A stretch of 54,396 nt of DNA, the filler included, from Sphacelaria rigidula (Eukaryota): assembly GCA_964200075.2 (NCBI GenBank). It is 4 parts of 4 records of this genome, joined end to end, with 100 filler letters (N's around TTAATTAATTAA, not from the genome) between each part and the next. Parts side by side here need not be neighbours in the genome. Positions count along the whole stretch, not along the records: positions 1 to 13,526 come from CAXNAA020002828.1; 3 more parts are not named here. One strand, given 5' to 3'. The notes beneath the pieces are model-generated. The model worked only from the letters and a program-made list of their open reading frames with translations, searched no databases and was not told the origin of the DNA. The translations under genes and the position numbers were made by a program. Below, in pieces: positions 1 through 13,626 of the stretch. Within the stretch, counting starts at the first letter, position 1, and each line of letters begins with the position of its first letter.

Positions 1-2480
1 CGCCGCGGTGGCGTTATTCCCCTGTTGTGGGGGGGGGTGGTGGGGGGGGGGGTGTTTGGTTTCCGGGAGGGGGGGGGGGGGGTACCCCGCGATCGCTGGA
101 TATGGCGATGGTAGTTTCTGCACTGCACCGCACGTGTATTAATCTCACGTTAATTACAGCTGATTACTTAGAGTTAGTATGGGCGGTGGTGCAGCCATTT
201 CCCGGTATGGGGCTCCTTGCCAGGACCCAACTCGACAGAAATGAACGAATTTCGCCCACATCAATTCCACCGCCCCTTTTTTCGATCCAAAAGAAATGTG
301 CGAAAGACAGACCCTTACTAATGCTCTCAAGGTTCGTCCTCAATAAAAACTCTATCCTCAAATTTTAAAGCCCCGTGTGTACGATTATACTGTGGCCGGT
401 TCTCTCCGTCTGCGTCTGTTCATGTCCGTGTGTTCATGGTCATCATCGAGATCTTCACAGCACACGGAAGTCATCGTGTAGGATGTATGAGTTTTTTTTT
501 CCATTTCACACTGACATGGCGATGACGCTACATGGTGTTGCATGGAACTATTAATATACCGCTTCCCCACTACGAGCGCGGGTCATTCTTTTTGCCCTGA
601 CAAAACAGCCCGCCCCGCCGCCCAGCGGTACTTTAATTTCGAAGCTCCGCCTCAATGTTAGAGCGCAGGCTGCTGTAATAAGATACCCATATCGCAAAAA
701 AAACACGAAAAAAGTGAGAAGAGAAATGTATAGAGTGCTGGGCGCCTGAACTATTCATTGTCTAATTTTTTCGTAGTAGGCGATTTTCGTAGGCCCTTTC
801 GCTTGCCACCACACATCAAATTGGGAATCTGAAGATACTTTTATCCGCTCCTCATTCCTAGAAGAAAAGAAATATCTGTTCTCAATATTGAATGACTTCC
901 GGGTTGACCGGCCATCGGGGATTCTGACTCTTCGGTATATTCGGTCGATCGAGCCCGTCCCGATTATATATGAACCGAAAACACGTCGAGGATCTCAGAG
1001 CAATACAGCACAGTACAGTACGTTCAATCGATCAACTTGATCAATGGATTATGAATTAAATAACTAATTCAACGAAAAAAAAATTGAAAAAAACACCATG
1101 TCAATGGAGGGTGCTCGCAAACAGAAAGATGACGCTGCTCATCTGTTGCGTCGGCGTCCTCCAGCGTCCAAGATCAGCCCGTAATAGTTCCGATAAAAAC
1201 TCACTGGAGCAAAGTAAGTCACAGCTTGGACGAACTACAATCAGCGACGTTACCGGAGATATTTTTGCCTGCGGCGAAATCTCGCGGTGCATATGCTCCC
1301 ACAACATCTCTCTCGAGACGTGATTTTCCACATGTTGATTTTTTTTTTCCACCAAGGAACCAAAATATATTGCCAGCATGAACTGAAACCGCTCTGATAG
1401 GGGGTCGGTCGGAAAAACAAAATAAAGTTTTCCTGCGGTTCCTTCTGGAACGTCGCGTGTCCTCACAAAAGTTTTAGTGAAGGAAGGACGCTCATGGCCG
1501 CAGGGTGATGAAAAAATGGAACGTTTTCCGACACTCAATAATATCATCTCATCCATGCCTGTACGCTCTTGGGGTTATCGACCCGTTCGTTTAAGAGAGG
1601 AATTTGTGAGAGCAGGGGAGAGGTCAGAGAGTTTTGACAGGCTCGGAGGAACTTTCAGGAGTCGGCGCCCGAGTTTTGAGAGGCGGCACAACTCACTACT
1701 TTGAATCAAGAGCGAATTGAAAATACACGTGTTTCAGTAGAGCCTCACCGAACCGCTATTGGAGCGGTGGAAGTATGCTGTACACGAAAAGAATTTCAAG
1801 GAGTCGGAGCCGGAGTCCTGAGACCCGGCAAAACTACAGTTACTACTTTGGATCAAAAAGAGCCAAGTGAAAGTACACGTGATTCAGCAGCTTCACAACT
1901 GAGGGAAAATACTGTTGTTGGACCACACCTGTTCGTATGCTTCGTGTCAAATTTTTGCAAAACGACTAAAGTCGGACAGATCATGATCCGTGTAAAAATT
2001 ATTACCTCTCAGTTTTAGCTCGGCCATTTTTTTCTGTGCTTTGCTTGTTTTGACTTTTTTGTTATTACTTTTTTTTACACGACTTAGTCTGCTGTGTCGT
2101 TCTGTTCGACCCATCTCTCCTTTTTTTTTCGTGTTCTTTCTTTTTCTCAAAGCGTGTTTCAGTTTCGTTTTCCTTGGGTACGTCTATCACGAGACCACGG
2201 CTGGACCCCTGGCGGGTCAGTTAAAGTACAACAATCAATCCAAAACCATACTGATCTGGATCACGATCACGATCATTCGGCCCGCTTTCTCCATCATTGT
2301 TCCCTACCGCACTGGATGCCGAGCACATCGAGTAGCGCAAAGGTTGCGCTTTGGCTTTCCTGACTCCGCGGTCACATATTGGTGTGCTTTTTTCAACAAC
2401 GGATCTGAAAGTCCTCTTTGATCTGTTATTTTAGGTAGATCATGATCTGTCGGACGTGTGAAAACTACAGGATTGGTAGA

Positions 2481-2760
2481 GAGTAGGAACGGTGCTGCGT
2501 TTCGAAAGGTATGCGTGATCAATGATCAAATGACCAAGGCAGGCAACAAATGAGTACACCCCCCCCCCCCTCCCGCCCCCCATCTCCTGCACCTGGTCCG
2601 GCGAAAACCCGTCGTACTCCATCCCGGCTTTGTAGGGATGCAAGGTCAACGGTCTCACGACTACAGCATGCGAGTATCATGAGTAAACCCCCATCCCCCC
2701 TTCAGGACATATCGCCTGGTCAGGCGAAAACCCCGCGTGCTCCGTACCGGCTTTGTAGGT
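2481..2760. mobile_element. Cluster of terminal fragments of a non-autonomous TIR element (GGTGTACTCAT...ATGAGTACACC family) separated by C-tracts
   Basis: 2481-2560 is the reverse complement of the left end of the element at 22855. 2588-2690 and 2714-2760 match its right end (ggtccggcgaaaaccc...gtagggatgc...gagtacacc). Confidence 0.75.
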
Positions 2761-2944
2761 GCGGACCCCTTGTGGGGTTGGCATCGGTTGGCGATGACGC
2801 TGATAAACACGTCCTTCCCTCACTACGTAAGCTAGGCAACCAGGTTACCGATTTCTTTTGCGCACTTGCGCTTTTTCGCGGTAACCGTGATGGTGGTCGA
2901 GCTAGAGTATATAGTGCGGGGTGGGAGAACCTCAACTCCGCACA

Positions 2945-3556
2945 ATGGGGATGATCGTACTACGTAGTGTTTAAATGGTGAGACACCTATGAGGCAGTGT
3001 ATATATAAGCCGTGGCTGTCTCTGGAAGTCGCAATACCAGGAAACGAAGCAATTCATTGGAGGCTATCATCCAAATGCAAGATAACAAGGGTCGGACAAA
3101 TAATGATTCGTCTGTAAATTACTTGGTTTCAGTGTAACTGATTCGAACCGTACGAATCAATCCCTAGGCTTTACTGTCAGCGTTGCAACCCACGTACACG
3201 CAGCCCAGACCCGCGGGATGGCGCAAAAGCTGCATGGACACCCCATGGACCAGCGGTCAACTTTTTCCTCCCTTTTGGGCAATCAGGCCGAAGAAATAGT
3301 GGATTTGGTGATTCGTAGCCGTAATGATTCGTCCTAACCGCGCAAGATAATCAGTAGGCTTCGGGCCGAACAAATCTTAGCAGGATGCAGCTCACTCTTC
3401 ATGCGACTCGCCGAACAAAGCACGGCGCTTCGCGCTTCGCGCTTGGTGATTGATTACGAGCCTGGCCCGGCGAAAACCCGGCGTGGTCCGTCTCGGCTTT
3501 GTAGGGATACGAGGTCAATGGTTATATAACCATGGCATGCAAGGTCATGAGTACAC
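2945..3556 (+). mobile_element. Right-hand part of the GGTGTACTCAT-family element
   Basis: Matches the reverse complement of 45140-45468, with ~260 bp extra at ~3087-3345. Ends in the TIR ...ggtcatgagtacac. Confidence 0.75.
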
Positions 3557-4763
3557 TCTCCCCTACAGGAGAAGCGATAGACACAAGGGTGGTCGAACGA
3601 ACCACCGACCATCTCACTGTCTCCTCGCCCCGAGAGTCACTACACGTGCGCCGTGCCGCGTGTCGACTCAACGACAAATTCTGCACGACGTACCGCCCAA
3701 TTGTCCCTAGAAAATGGCGTTTGTAGCAACTGTCAGCTACGCACGGTATGGCTGTCTGCTTTGGCGGATGAGCTTGATTGACATGCGTCAGGAGGGATTG
3801 GTGAGGAGCGGCGAAACAAAGAAACGAACAACAAACACCTTGTTTTTGGTCGGGGCGCGTCATAAACTCATCTTCTTGACGGGGGTCCCTGACGCAGCGG
3901 GTGATGACGGTCACAAGCCAAAGTCCGCCTTACTCGGGTGAAAAATGCGGAAAATCAAAGACACCCGCCTTGATCGGAATCTCACCTCATGACGGGCTGC
4001 CTTGTGGGGGAGGGGGGGCGGGTGTTGACCCAGTTTGGCGCCAATCACAAGGGGTGGTGGAACACACTGGTATTCTTGTCAAACCATGATGCCAAGGGCG
4101 AAGCGGGATCACAACGCAAAAACAAACCGAGGAGCACCCTCGTGCGGGGGAGGCGCACACGAGAGTGAGAGATCTCCGAAACCTGAAAACATATTATGGC
4201 TCAAAACCGGCGCCGATCTCAGCCAAAATGCATGCTGCGCACGCTGCACGCACGCCGGTCGAGCGCTCGGGACTGAGCCCTGCGACAATCTGAATTACGA
4301 TAAGTCCACCCTGAAGCCAACAATATCTTCAACCATCCCTTGTTGGCGTCGAAGTGGGGGTAAACTCTACAGCCTCATTGGGGCTGCATCACAGTCATTG
4401 GTCGCTGGAGGGAGAAATGGCGATATGCGGCTCGGTCGCTAGACAGGCACAATCGGGCACCTTTTCCAATTACGTAAGATGCTATTACTTCCAAGATGAA
4501 CACGAAAGCACCCGGGTTGCCCCCATCATCCTGTCAGCGAGCATGTGTTTCTGCTGAGGCAATAGCTACGCCATACAGTAGTTCCGGACTCTCCCCTCAC
4601 AAAATTGTCACTGTACGCACTGCCGGCCATTTTTACTTTTGAGAGGGAGTCGCGATCGAAGGGTTGACCCTTCTGACCCTTCTCTTCGACGGCAAGGAAG
4701 TCGCTTGTGAAAGTCATGTTGAGTCCCATTTGCGACAATTACGGGATTAAGGACTTATTTTGC

Positions 4764-4857
4764 ATTAGAGGTATCTAAAACCCGAGATTCCCGGTATATT
4801 TCACAGGAGTATACACACCAAAATGTCAGGAAACCTCGAGCTTGAGATACCTCTAAT
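4764..4857. repeat. Small (~95 bp) inverted-repeat/mini-MITE hairpin
   Basis: attagaggtatct at 4764 pairs with agatacctctaat ending at 4857, and internal arms are partly complementary. Confidence 0.6.
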
Positions 4858-5074
4858 ATGCACATGGTTTCTCTACAGTAATGAGGAGCTCACAAATCTC
4901 CGCGGCCGTACGGTGAAATGAAGAAAGGCGCCATTATAACGCTTAACACAACTACTGTTTCACGCGTCGGTAAAAGTGCAGTAAATCAAGTGGCGCACAC
5001 AAGACTGACTATACCAAAGCACGTGCGAGGATGTCAAGGGGATGCAAGAGTATTGGGGGGAGGGGGGGGAGGGG

Positions 5075-5140
5075 CGTACTCATTCGTTGCTTGCCTTAGT
5101 CGTTTGAACATTGACCACGCATCCCTTTTGAGACGGAGAG
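5075..5140 (+). mobile_element. Left-end fragment of the GGTGTACTCAT-family element between G-tracts
   Basis: gtactcattcgttgcttgccttagtcgtttgaacattgaccacgcatccc...gagacggag matches 22857-22920. Confidence 0.7.
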
Positions 5141-5505
5141 TATGGGGGGGGGGGGGGGAGGTGAGGACGAGAAATAGCCCCCACTCAGAGGTGTCGTAGA
5201 CGTGTCAAAATATTGCCATTCAGAGGTGTCGACGACGTGTCAATAGATTGTAAACACGATACCAAAAATAACAATCGCTGAATATGTCGGGAAAATGGCG
5301 CCAAGACGCGGAAATTATTCATCAAGACATGCGGTACTGACTTGACTATTGCATTATAATACGTTATAAGGGGTTGGTACCATGCGGCTTGTAGTCCAAG
5401 TGCACGAAAATCAGCTCGGCGAGCTACGGCACGCGGAGGTCGAAGGGCAAACGGACAAGCCCGAGGCCTTTTCCCTGTGTGATCTTGTTAAAAACTCCGC
5501 CACTA

Positions 5506-5805
5506 TTCAATTTCAAGCCTTGCGTTTTTTTGTTCAGTAATTTACGGTGCATCATATGTGTACTTACGCGTGGAAATTGCACGGGGAAATTATGGGTACT
5601 GCTGCGGCGGAACTGCGGAAGTAACTTTACAGTTCAGACTAGGGTCACTCTTCAAATTCAAGCCTCTGTGTTTATTTCAGTATTTTACGGTGCATCATGT
5701 GAGTAATTACACGTGGAAATTGCAAGTGGAAAGTACGGGTATGGGTATTGCTGCGGCGGCACTGCGGGAGTAACTTTAACTTTACAGTTCAGACCAGGGT
5801 CACTC
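5506..5805. repeat. Two-copy ~145-155 bp tandem duplication
   Basis: The unit ttcaa.ttcaagcct...acagttcagac.agggtcactc occurs at 5506-5650 and 5651-5805. Confidence 0.85.
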
Positions 5806-8800
5806 GGCGTGTACATAATGTTCCAGACTTTCGACCACAGCATACGGATGGTTGGTCATTTCGCGAAAATAGGAAATAAAATATTGAGATACATCATTCA
5901 GAAAAGTCAGACAGCATACAGAAAACGGGAGGGAGGGGGAGGGGGGTGGTGGCAAGGGAGGGGGGGGGGAAACTAATTTCCCGAGAGCACCCGAAGAGGA
6001 CCGGCGAATAGAGTATTTGGAATAGTCAAATTCAAAATTTTCTTCCTTCGACCATGCATCGTGCATCTGAAGGAGCTGGAATCATTCTTACTCAAACGCT
6101 GAATGCTGGGTGTAGGTGTCCGTCTTGGGGCGCTCGAAGGGCTACTACTCCTTGGGCGCGCGAGATGCCACAGATCGAACCTACACCGACCACCTAAAAA
6201 TGCTTGAAAAAACAGCTACAGCAAACACTACAGGGTCTCTCCACTTGAGATTACCAATAAAACGCAACACACTGAAGGGCTGATAATGCTGCGAAACACA
6301 CGGTACGAAAGTGCCGTGTGTTGTCTTTGGGGGCAATATTTGCAACGCAGACAAGGGCTACCCAGCCGTACTGTCCTTTTAGCGCTGCGTTTACCAGGGT
6401 TGACGGTTAGCCGATGATATTGCTCCGATAAGAAGCCTCACGCTTAAAGCGCAAGTCCGAAGGTCTAGACTTACTACTGTGTGTCCACATTTACAATCAC
6501 CCGCAATCTCGCACACTTTTTGGTTGCGCGCTTTTCACCATATATATATATATATATATCTCAAATGCCTGACGCTGCAGTACGGATCGCTGACGCGTGA
6601 GAGAAATGCAATGCATCTGTGGGTGAGCGGATTGAAGCGACCGCCAAGGTGATAAACGGGTACGATCCACACGGGGAACGTGTGAAGGATGTCGACAGAA
6701 CATTATGACGGAGCTCGGCTCACAGCATCACGCAGCAGGGGGACACACACAACCATACGCTGACAGCGCACGACGATTTAACGTGGCAGTACATCCAAGA
6801 TCTATGAGCGGAACAGAAAAATTACAAATCCGTGGATATATTAGATGTGTATGTAGCGCGCGCACACTCTCTCGTTTTCTTGAGTACACTCGCCCTTGCC
6901 TGTCTCCAGGGAAAGCGTAACTCAAGAATGCCCTTGGCGCGGGAGGACTTTCGGGCTTTCAACCACGGAAATCTTTCGCCCGGTGCATCGGGGGTACTGT
7001 ATTGTAATAATGGGGTGGTGAACTGTTGTTGTTGTCCGCCGTGTACTGGGCGCGAGCAATGAAAGTAGCCTTGTTGTGCCGCTAGCGCGTGTGGTGGATT
7101 GGAACTTTTGAGTCGCTTGACCACGCCATGCTTGCAAGACTGCCGCTTACATTCCCACGCGAAACTTACGACCAAAACGTACGGGGAAAACGTACGAGGA
7201 GAAAACGTACGAAAAGTGCAAAGAAGCAGATATACCAATCATCCACCACTAGACTGCTGACTGTACAGTGCCCCGTCCCCCGCGACAAACAAGGAGAACG
7301 TGGCAGATGCACAACTGCGTACAGTATTTACATAGACGTTCCCACATGTATACATCAATGTGCCACGAAGGCGTGCGCGTAGGGACACGCATCAACCTGC
7401 GAGCTGCAGCGGTTACAGTCTCTCGGAAGCTGAGGCGCTGTTACTGCTGATTCACTATGGTACTCTTGAGCGGTGTCGGTAGCGTCTTGGATGGCGAAAC
7501 AGGGAATCAGCAGCTCCATGGCTTGGATGGTATACTAGGGTCTATTCCGCCGGGAAAAAACTGGCTACGCACGCCTGTAGGTTTGTTGCACTTTGCTCGT
7601 CTGTACACAGTTGTGAGGCGACTGTTTTTCGACTATCGATGGATCTGGCACCAACCGTTAGACAATCAACAGTTGCGGGGTTCAACAAGGAATGTGAATC
7701 TAATCGGAAATGTGGTGTGTACGCTCTTTGTTTGGGCGTTTGGGCGAGCGATCGTATCGAGGGCTCCACGGTACAGCCGACGCACCCCGCAGTCGTGATG
7801 TGGTGGAAATGCGAAATGTGATCCCGAAAATCGAGTATATCCCTTGATACTCCAGCTGCGTCGACTGCCTTGAGAAGGAAAGGCTGGACGAAGAGACGGA
7901 GGCGGGCAACCCTGTTGTAGTCGTGATGGACGCGTGTGAATTTCTGAGTACTGTTGAACTATTGAAGGAGGTTGCCTTGCTCTCCTCCAACTGAGTGAGC
8001 AACGTCACTTTCTAGCATCGTTCATGGTGATCTTCCGTGCTCGGCCGGTACGTTCAGGCTATGCTGTGAGATATGCAATACACTCCGATGTACTCTAGAT
8101 GGACCGTGGAGTATATTTTGAACACACAAACCCAGTCCTTGCAAACCTTTTTGGCCCTTGTATATCAACAAGGTAAATTACCACGTATGTTTTATTGAGA
8201 ATTTCTTCTCATCTGGCTGGCTCCAAGACCAGCGTATTTTCAAAAATCGAAACCAACATACACTTGGTCGCCATTGCTGCTGTCGAGAATAAAGACGTCA
8301 CGCGAAATCTACTGCACTACACAGTTCAGTAACTTTACTGTACGTTGATTGCCATGCGTGCACACTCCATATCCGACTGTCTACACCGTTGATCCTATCG
8401 TGTCTCCGGCATTCCAATGGCTAACCCAGATACAGTTTCGGCAAACATGTGGCAGAGTTACGCACGCAGTATTTTCGACAGGCATTTTTCCCTCTACAAA
8501 AACAAACAGCACCCCAAAAATAATGCAATAGTCATACTGTAGCACGACAGCACACCGGGCAAACCGAGAGAGCTTGGTCAACCAGGTAGAGGGAGGTGCC
8601 CAAATAGCATTGACATAGGATGGTCGGACTGACGTGCTCCTCTGGCACTACCAGTAAGCTTGATCAGCAGAGCCAACATGGGTGCGAGGAAACACAAAAA
8701 GTTGGAGATCACGTAGAGCCAAAGCGCACCTGGTGTTGAAAAAGATACCACCCCCCCCCCCTCTCTCCTCCCTCCTCGCACCCCGCCCCCCCTGCCACTC

Positions 8801-8866
8801 GCGACCTTCCCCCCTTTCCCGCACCCCTTATCTTTGAACGACTTAGCACCAACACCGAGAACTTGC

Positions 8867-9710
8867 CTGCCTCCTTGTGCGCAACGCAGTATATCGCTTT
8901 CCCTCCATGCCAACCAAAGTATGGGTTTTTGCCACAGTTGTCGTGCTGGCATGTCCGTGTTACCCTCCGACTTGTAGCTCTCGTCGTCGCCTTTGAGAGC
9001 ATGATCTCGCTCGCGAAAGCCCGCTGCCGCTTGCCTGCAGAAGTCATTGCTAGCTCCGCACTTCTACCAGTGCTGTTACCCAATTCAAGCTCCATGCTGC
9101 TGACGAGGGAGTAGCACTAAAAGCACAGGGTCTTATCGGTGTATGTGCGGCAAACTTGTTTTTGAACGGAAGTACCGTGGCGCTTGGTTGTTTTGCATGG
9201 CCGGTCGGACCCTAAAACCAGGTAAAGTTCCAGTTTCCCATAAAACTCACCCCGCCCTTGCACCTCCCCCTCCCGGCGCTTGCCTGGACAAATGCTGTTC
9301 CGCGCGTCTAGCACAAACAGGTACGTGTCTTGCTGACGTATTTTTGTGTTTTCTTCGACATGCAACGACCACGTCTGCTTCGCTACCCTGTATGGTATAT
9401 ACTGTCTGCGCTGTTCGCTGTTTGACGAGGCTACTGCCATGCAACCACGGGTCCTCCGAGACTGGTCTAGAGTGCGCAAAATAATAATACAAAGCCTCGG
9501 GATCAGTCTCCGAGCAGGAAAGCCATTTGTGTCTACATCATAAAAATCAAGTGATTTTGCCGTCCTGTATAGATATCAAGTGATCTACTGAGCATTTGAA
9601 AATTTTCCAAATTTCCGACTTGGGGCAACCATAATCGCGGAGAACGACCACTTTTAGCGGGGTACGCAGTTGCAGTTGACCCTTTGACCACGAAGAGTTT
9701 GGGATCTTTA
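8867..9710 (-). CDS. Partial multi-exon gene encoding an EsV-1-7 cysteine/histidine repeat protein (exons 9710-9666, 9466-9251, 9099-8867)
   Basis: The last exon encodes CQHDNCGKNPYFGWHGGKAIYCVAHKEAG, fitting the EsV-1-7 pattern C-x4-C-x-K-x-P-x-FG...A-x-F/Y-C-x-x-HK. The three exons have AG acceptors and phase-2-compatible junctions. The last donor is AG|GCAAGT. 5' and 3' ends are not resolved. Confidence 0.7.
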
Positions 9711-10694
9711 CTGCAGAAGGAGGAGTCGTTGACACGACCCAAAACACGAATTGAATGTATACAGGCACGAAGGAGTGGGAGGTTATAGTGGTGAAATGAC
9801 TTTACATCCGAGTACGTGAAATCAGATGAACTACTTCGCGATCAGAGGGTCAATCATAACCATGGGCAGCATAGTTCAGCACAACAGCGAGAAACCGGCA
9901 TGCTACTGATTACTAGTGATGCGCATCAACGATACAGACTGCATGGTACAGCAGTACAGTACGGTGTATACTGTAGGGAGTACCAGTTAAATCTGCTGGC
10001 GATAAGATTTTTAGATCTTTCTGAGAAGTGTCCCGTAGGTACGAGCGTATACGAATTCCAATATCATACCGCGAACCTTCACAGACAGTTCTTGGGATGG
10101 ACTAACAAAAATCACCAGACTATCGTATAGAGCAGGAGGACTTTCCGCCAACGGGTTAGCTATAAATTAATCCGCGACACAGCCCGCTTCAGTCCACGTG
10201 TGATGTACTCATATCAACGCACCGCTTCGAGTCTACAAAATCATTGCTCCCGCAGTAGCAGCAAACGTCTCAGGCACTTCCTCCAGGGTCAAGGAGTTTT
10301 GACCGAGCAGTAAAACAATACGTACATGGTACGGGTATTACGTTTCGTACGTACATCATAGCACTGGTCAATTTGAGTCTTGTATATGCCAACAGATCGC
10401 GTTCTTCTGTACTACAACAGTTTGTATCATCGATCGTCGTAATAAACCGTATTGCTCCCCCTACGGTGAAAAAAGCTCCTGGACCGTTCGTGGTCACATA
10501 TATATCATAATACTACGTCTATCATCATCAGACCACGGTTGGACCCCCGGGGGGTCAGTTGAAGTGCGACGACAATTAAGAAAAAAACCAATAAATACGG
10601 TAGTAGCTACTTTTAGGCCAGGCCCGGGATTTGGATTTCTCTTCGCGCGGTAGATGAAAATCGTGTGACCTTAGTATTGAAATTTAAGAATTAT

Positions 10695-10995
10695 GGGCCT
10701 TATTATCGACGCTGTTTTTTCGGAAATCTCCGAGATTGCCGGGACTGGCATGTACCTGATATTCTCGAATGCTTGAATAATACTTGCGAGCGCCACGGGG
10801 TTTTCAAAGGGCAGCTCTGCAAAGTGCTGGGTTGCTGTCCGAATTTTTCGAACTTTTCAAAAACTGCTTCGGAGAAAAAATGAAGCCGCTACTACTACTT
10901 CGTTCTCGGAGAAGTCTGAACGCAAAGTAAGCGCGGAAACTCTGGAAATAATTTCTGACATCTCTGAGAAAATAGTGTCGCTATAATAATGGGCC
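10695..10995. mobile_element. Degenerate MITE, possibly PIF/Harbinger-like
   Basis: Imperfect ~35-bp TIRs gggccttattatcgacgctgttttttcgga / tctgagaaaatagtgtcgctataataatgggcc, with TTA near both ends. Confidence 0.5.
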
Positions 10996-11937
10996 TTATT
11001 CGTGTTTTTGGTATTTCATTTTATGTGTTTGTATCGCGTCTGTGTGAATTGTTTCTGGGTCTGATTTTATTTTACTAATTTATTTCAAGACAAAAACAAC
11101 ACCAACGACACCAACGACAATAACGACAGTAACAAGTGCAGGAGGACAGAAATAGTCCAGCCTGATTTTCTAGGAGGCTCTTCTACTTATTATTGCTATT
11201 ATATTCTTGCTCAACGGCCCGAGCCATTTTTTTTTATTAGATCGTATTATTTTCCCTGGACCGAAAAGTTCAGCCTACTCGTATACTGCCGATAGTTCGT
11301 TCAGCCGAATTCCTCGGGCTCTGTTTCTCCTTCACCCAGGAACCCGAAAAGCTTACTCTGACTCGAGTACAGGCCGAACAGGCTGATTCACGCTCATCAC
11401 CCCAAAAAAGTATGTTTCGATAAGCAAATGCCTTCCGCGATACCTACCGAAGAGTCGCATACATATAATAGTATCATAATAGTACTGACCACCATGAACA
11501 ACCGAAGAGGCCACCCGTGGCCAATCCGCTTCTATACAGCGTAATATTCTTGCAACACTTTCTGAGGATTTTATAATACTGTTGTGGTCGCTGCCGTTGC
11601 TTACTCGAGAGTATTTGCAATCCTCTGAGTATTATTATTATTGGACACGTGTGAGGTGACATCGCCGGATTCTTGATAAAAGCCACAAGGAAGGAAGGGT
11701 GGCGCTAAGGGCGAAAAAATGTAGCTCGATCAATCAGCGCTCTTCGAGTTGTTCTGAGATTAAAAAAAAAACACGAATTCCTAACCACACACGTTTGGTT
11801 TACCCAATCTCCAAATTTCCACATTTTTCGAGTCATGGAGGCGGTCATCAGCTCAGGAATCATATATATGTATGAAACAGATTTGAAAAAAGATTCCAAT
11901 AGGATCGAGTGACACCCAAAACCGTGGTATTTTGGTG

Positions 11938-12254
11938 ACATTGTTTTTGTGAGACTGAGAGTAGAGGATACGATTCAGAGTGAGAAGCGATCTGAATTAA
12001 TGACTAGTTTCAGTCCCGAAATGCCCCTCCACGAGGCTCGACGCTTCCTGTAGTCGCCTATCACTAAAGCCCTTGATATCTACTCAGGATATCGACGTGT
12101 ATGTAGCTGTAAGCACACGTTAGTGTTACAGGCAAAGAAAAGCACACACAGAATGAAAAATTGGTTGAGTTGAAGCGAATGTTAGGTCCCACTCTCACTC
12201 AACAATCACACCCACTCTCAATCAACGCTCTACTCTCGATCACGAAAACATTGT
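11938..12254. mobile_element. ~315-bp MITE (second copy at 33198-33496)
   Basis: TIRs acattgtttttgtgagactgagagtagag / ctctactctcgatcacgaaaacattgt. Colinear with the copy at 33198. Confidence 0.8.
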
Positions 12255-12600
12255 TTGTTTGATGATGTGGGAGTTTATTGGCGTCGCCGGTCCCAGTACT
12301 ACTGATAATATGCACCCAAGACCCAGAATGCCTTCCGGCGGTTTCCCTTATAATATTTTATTGGCAGCAATGCTCCGACCGCCCTGTCATTCGGCACTGC
12401 TTTGCGGTAGTTATTTATGCTCCACATGAAGAAGAATATCATTGTTGAAAAAACGCGTGACATTTCTCCGGCCTGCACCAGCTTACGCGGGTCCCAGCGT
12501 GAAGCCTCCGCAATAACCGGTACAGAAAGCCTCAAAAGGAACGAAGATTATGCATCCCGGGGTGGTCCAACGAGCATTTGTACAAAGTTTCGCTGCGTAA

Positions 12601-13281
12601 GGCCAACTCTAATGGGAGCCGGCCGTTCAGACTTCCTGTCGAAAACTGCCTTTTGGGCCCTTCTCCGTCGATTTGCGGCCGAAAAGAGGGCTAGGCGGAT
12701 GTTAGCGCCTTGGAATGACTTGCTCTACTACTCGTTGAGACCGTTCCAGAGCACCTTCGCATTTCCGGCTGATCGCACTTTTTTTGTTTTCGGCCAAATC
12801 AGGTCAAACACGGATTTTCAGCACAAAACGGTCAGGTGATAAAAATTCCCCCCGGTTTTTCCATCGCTTGACCATTTTTTGTTGAAAATCCGTGTTTGGC
12901 CAGAAATGAAAGTGCGGCGACTTGCTCTACTCGTTGAGACCGTTCTAGGGCACCTTTGCATTTCCTGCTGATCGCACTTTTGTTTTTGGCCAAATCAGGT
13001 CAAACACGGATTTTCAGCAAAAAAAAACGGTCAGGTGATGAAAATCCCCCCCGGTTTTTCTATCGCTTGACCGTTTTTTGTTGAAAATCCGTGTTTGGCC
13101 AGAAATGAAAGTGCGGCCAGCGGGAAATGCAAAGTTGCTCTGGAACGGCCTCGATGAATGGAGCAAGTCATTCCAAGGCATCAATATCCGCCTAGTTCTC
13201 TTTGCAGGCGTAAAACGACGGAGAAGGGCCAAAAATGCAGTTTTGGACAGAACGGCTCCCATTAGTCTAATAGAGTCGGTC
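12601..13281. mobile_element. Foldback MITE of PIF/Harbinger (Tourist)-like type with an internal ~200-bp duplication
   Basis: Termini GGCCAACTCT / AGAGTCGGTC flanked by TAA on both sides (12598-12600, 13282-13284). Arms are complementary over most of the length. The central hairpin region is present twice (~12718-12918, ~12919-13115). Confidence 0.85.
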
Positions 13282-13388
13282 TAAAAGGCTACTTCTTATT
13301 TATCGAAAAAAAGAAGTTGTTGAAAAGTGCTTTTTTTGTGGCCCTTCTCCGTCGTTTTTGTCCCCAAAAAAAGAGGCGACATTTTCTA

Positions 13389-13526
13389 CGATAGCCCCCC
13401 CGAAAAACCAGCTAAAAGTGTCGGAAGAAAATGGCCACAGAGCGCCTAATGTTCGGGTTGAGGCTGCATGAAGCGCCTCATATTGACGACATTGGCTAGA
13501 ACGAACCCAAGCGTGGGAATTCCCAG
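13389..13526. mobile_element. Truncated copy of the TA-flanked MITE (family also at 44224-44460 and 51043-51277)
   Basis: ta|cgatagccccccc start and colinearity with 51043-51186. Cut by the assembly gap. Confidence 0.75.
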
Positions 13527-13626
13527 NNNNNNNNNNNNNNNNNNNNNNNNNNNNNNNNNNNNNNNNNNNNTTAATTAATTAANNNNNNNNNNNNNNNNNN
13601 NNNNNNNNNNNNNNNNNNNNNNNNNN
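13527..13626. other. Assembly gap linker (N44-TTAATTAATTAA-N44)
   Basis: 100-bp N run with a central six-frame stop linker, identical in form to 27153-27252 and 40778-40877. Confidence 0.97.

Noticed and set aside
8709-9095. Endogenous phaeovirus insertion suggested by the EsV-1-7 repeat
   Set aside because: The repeat sits in a spliced gene and no viral core genes or gene-dense intronless region are present.
13527-13626. TTAATTAATTAA palindrome inside N runs (also 27153-27252 and 40778-40877)
   Set aside because: Artificial six-frame-stop contig linker. Not biological, and it makes cross-gap synteny unreliable.
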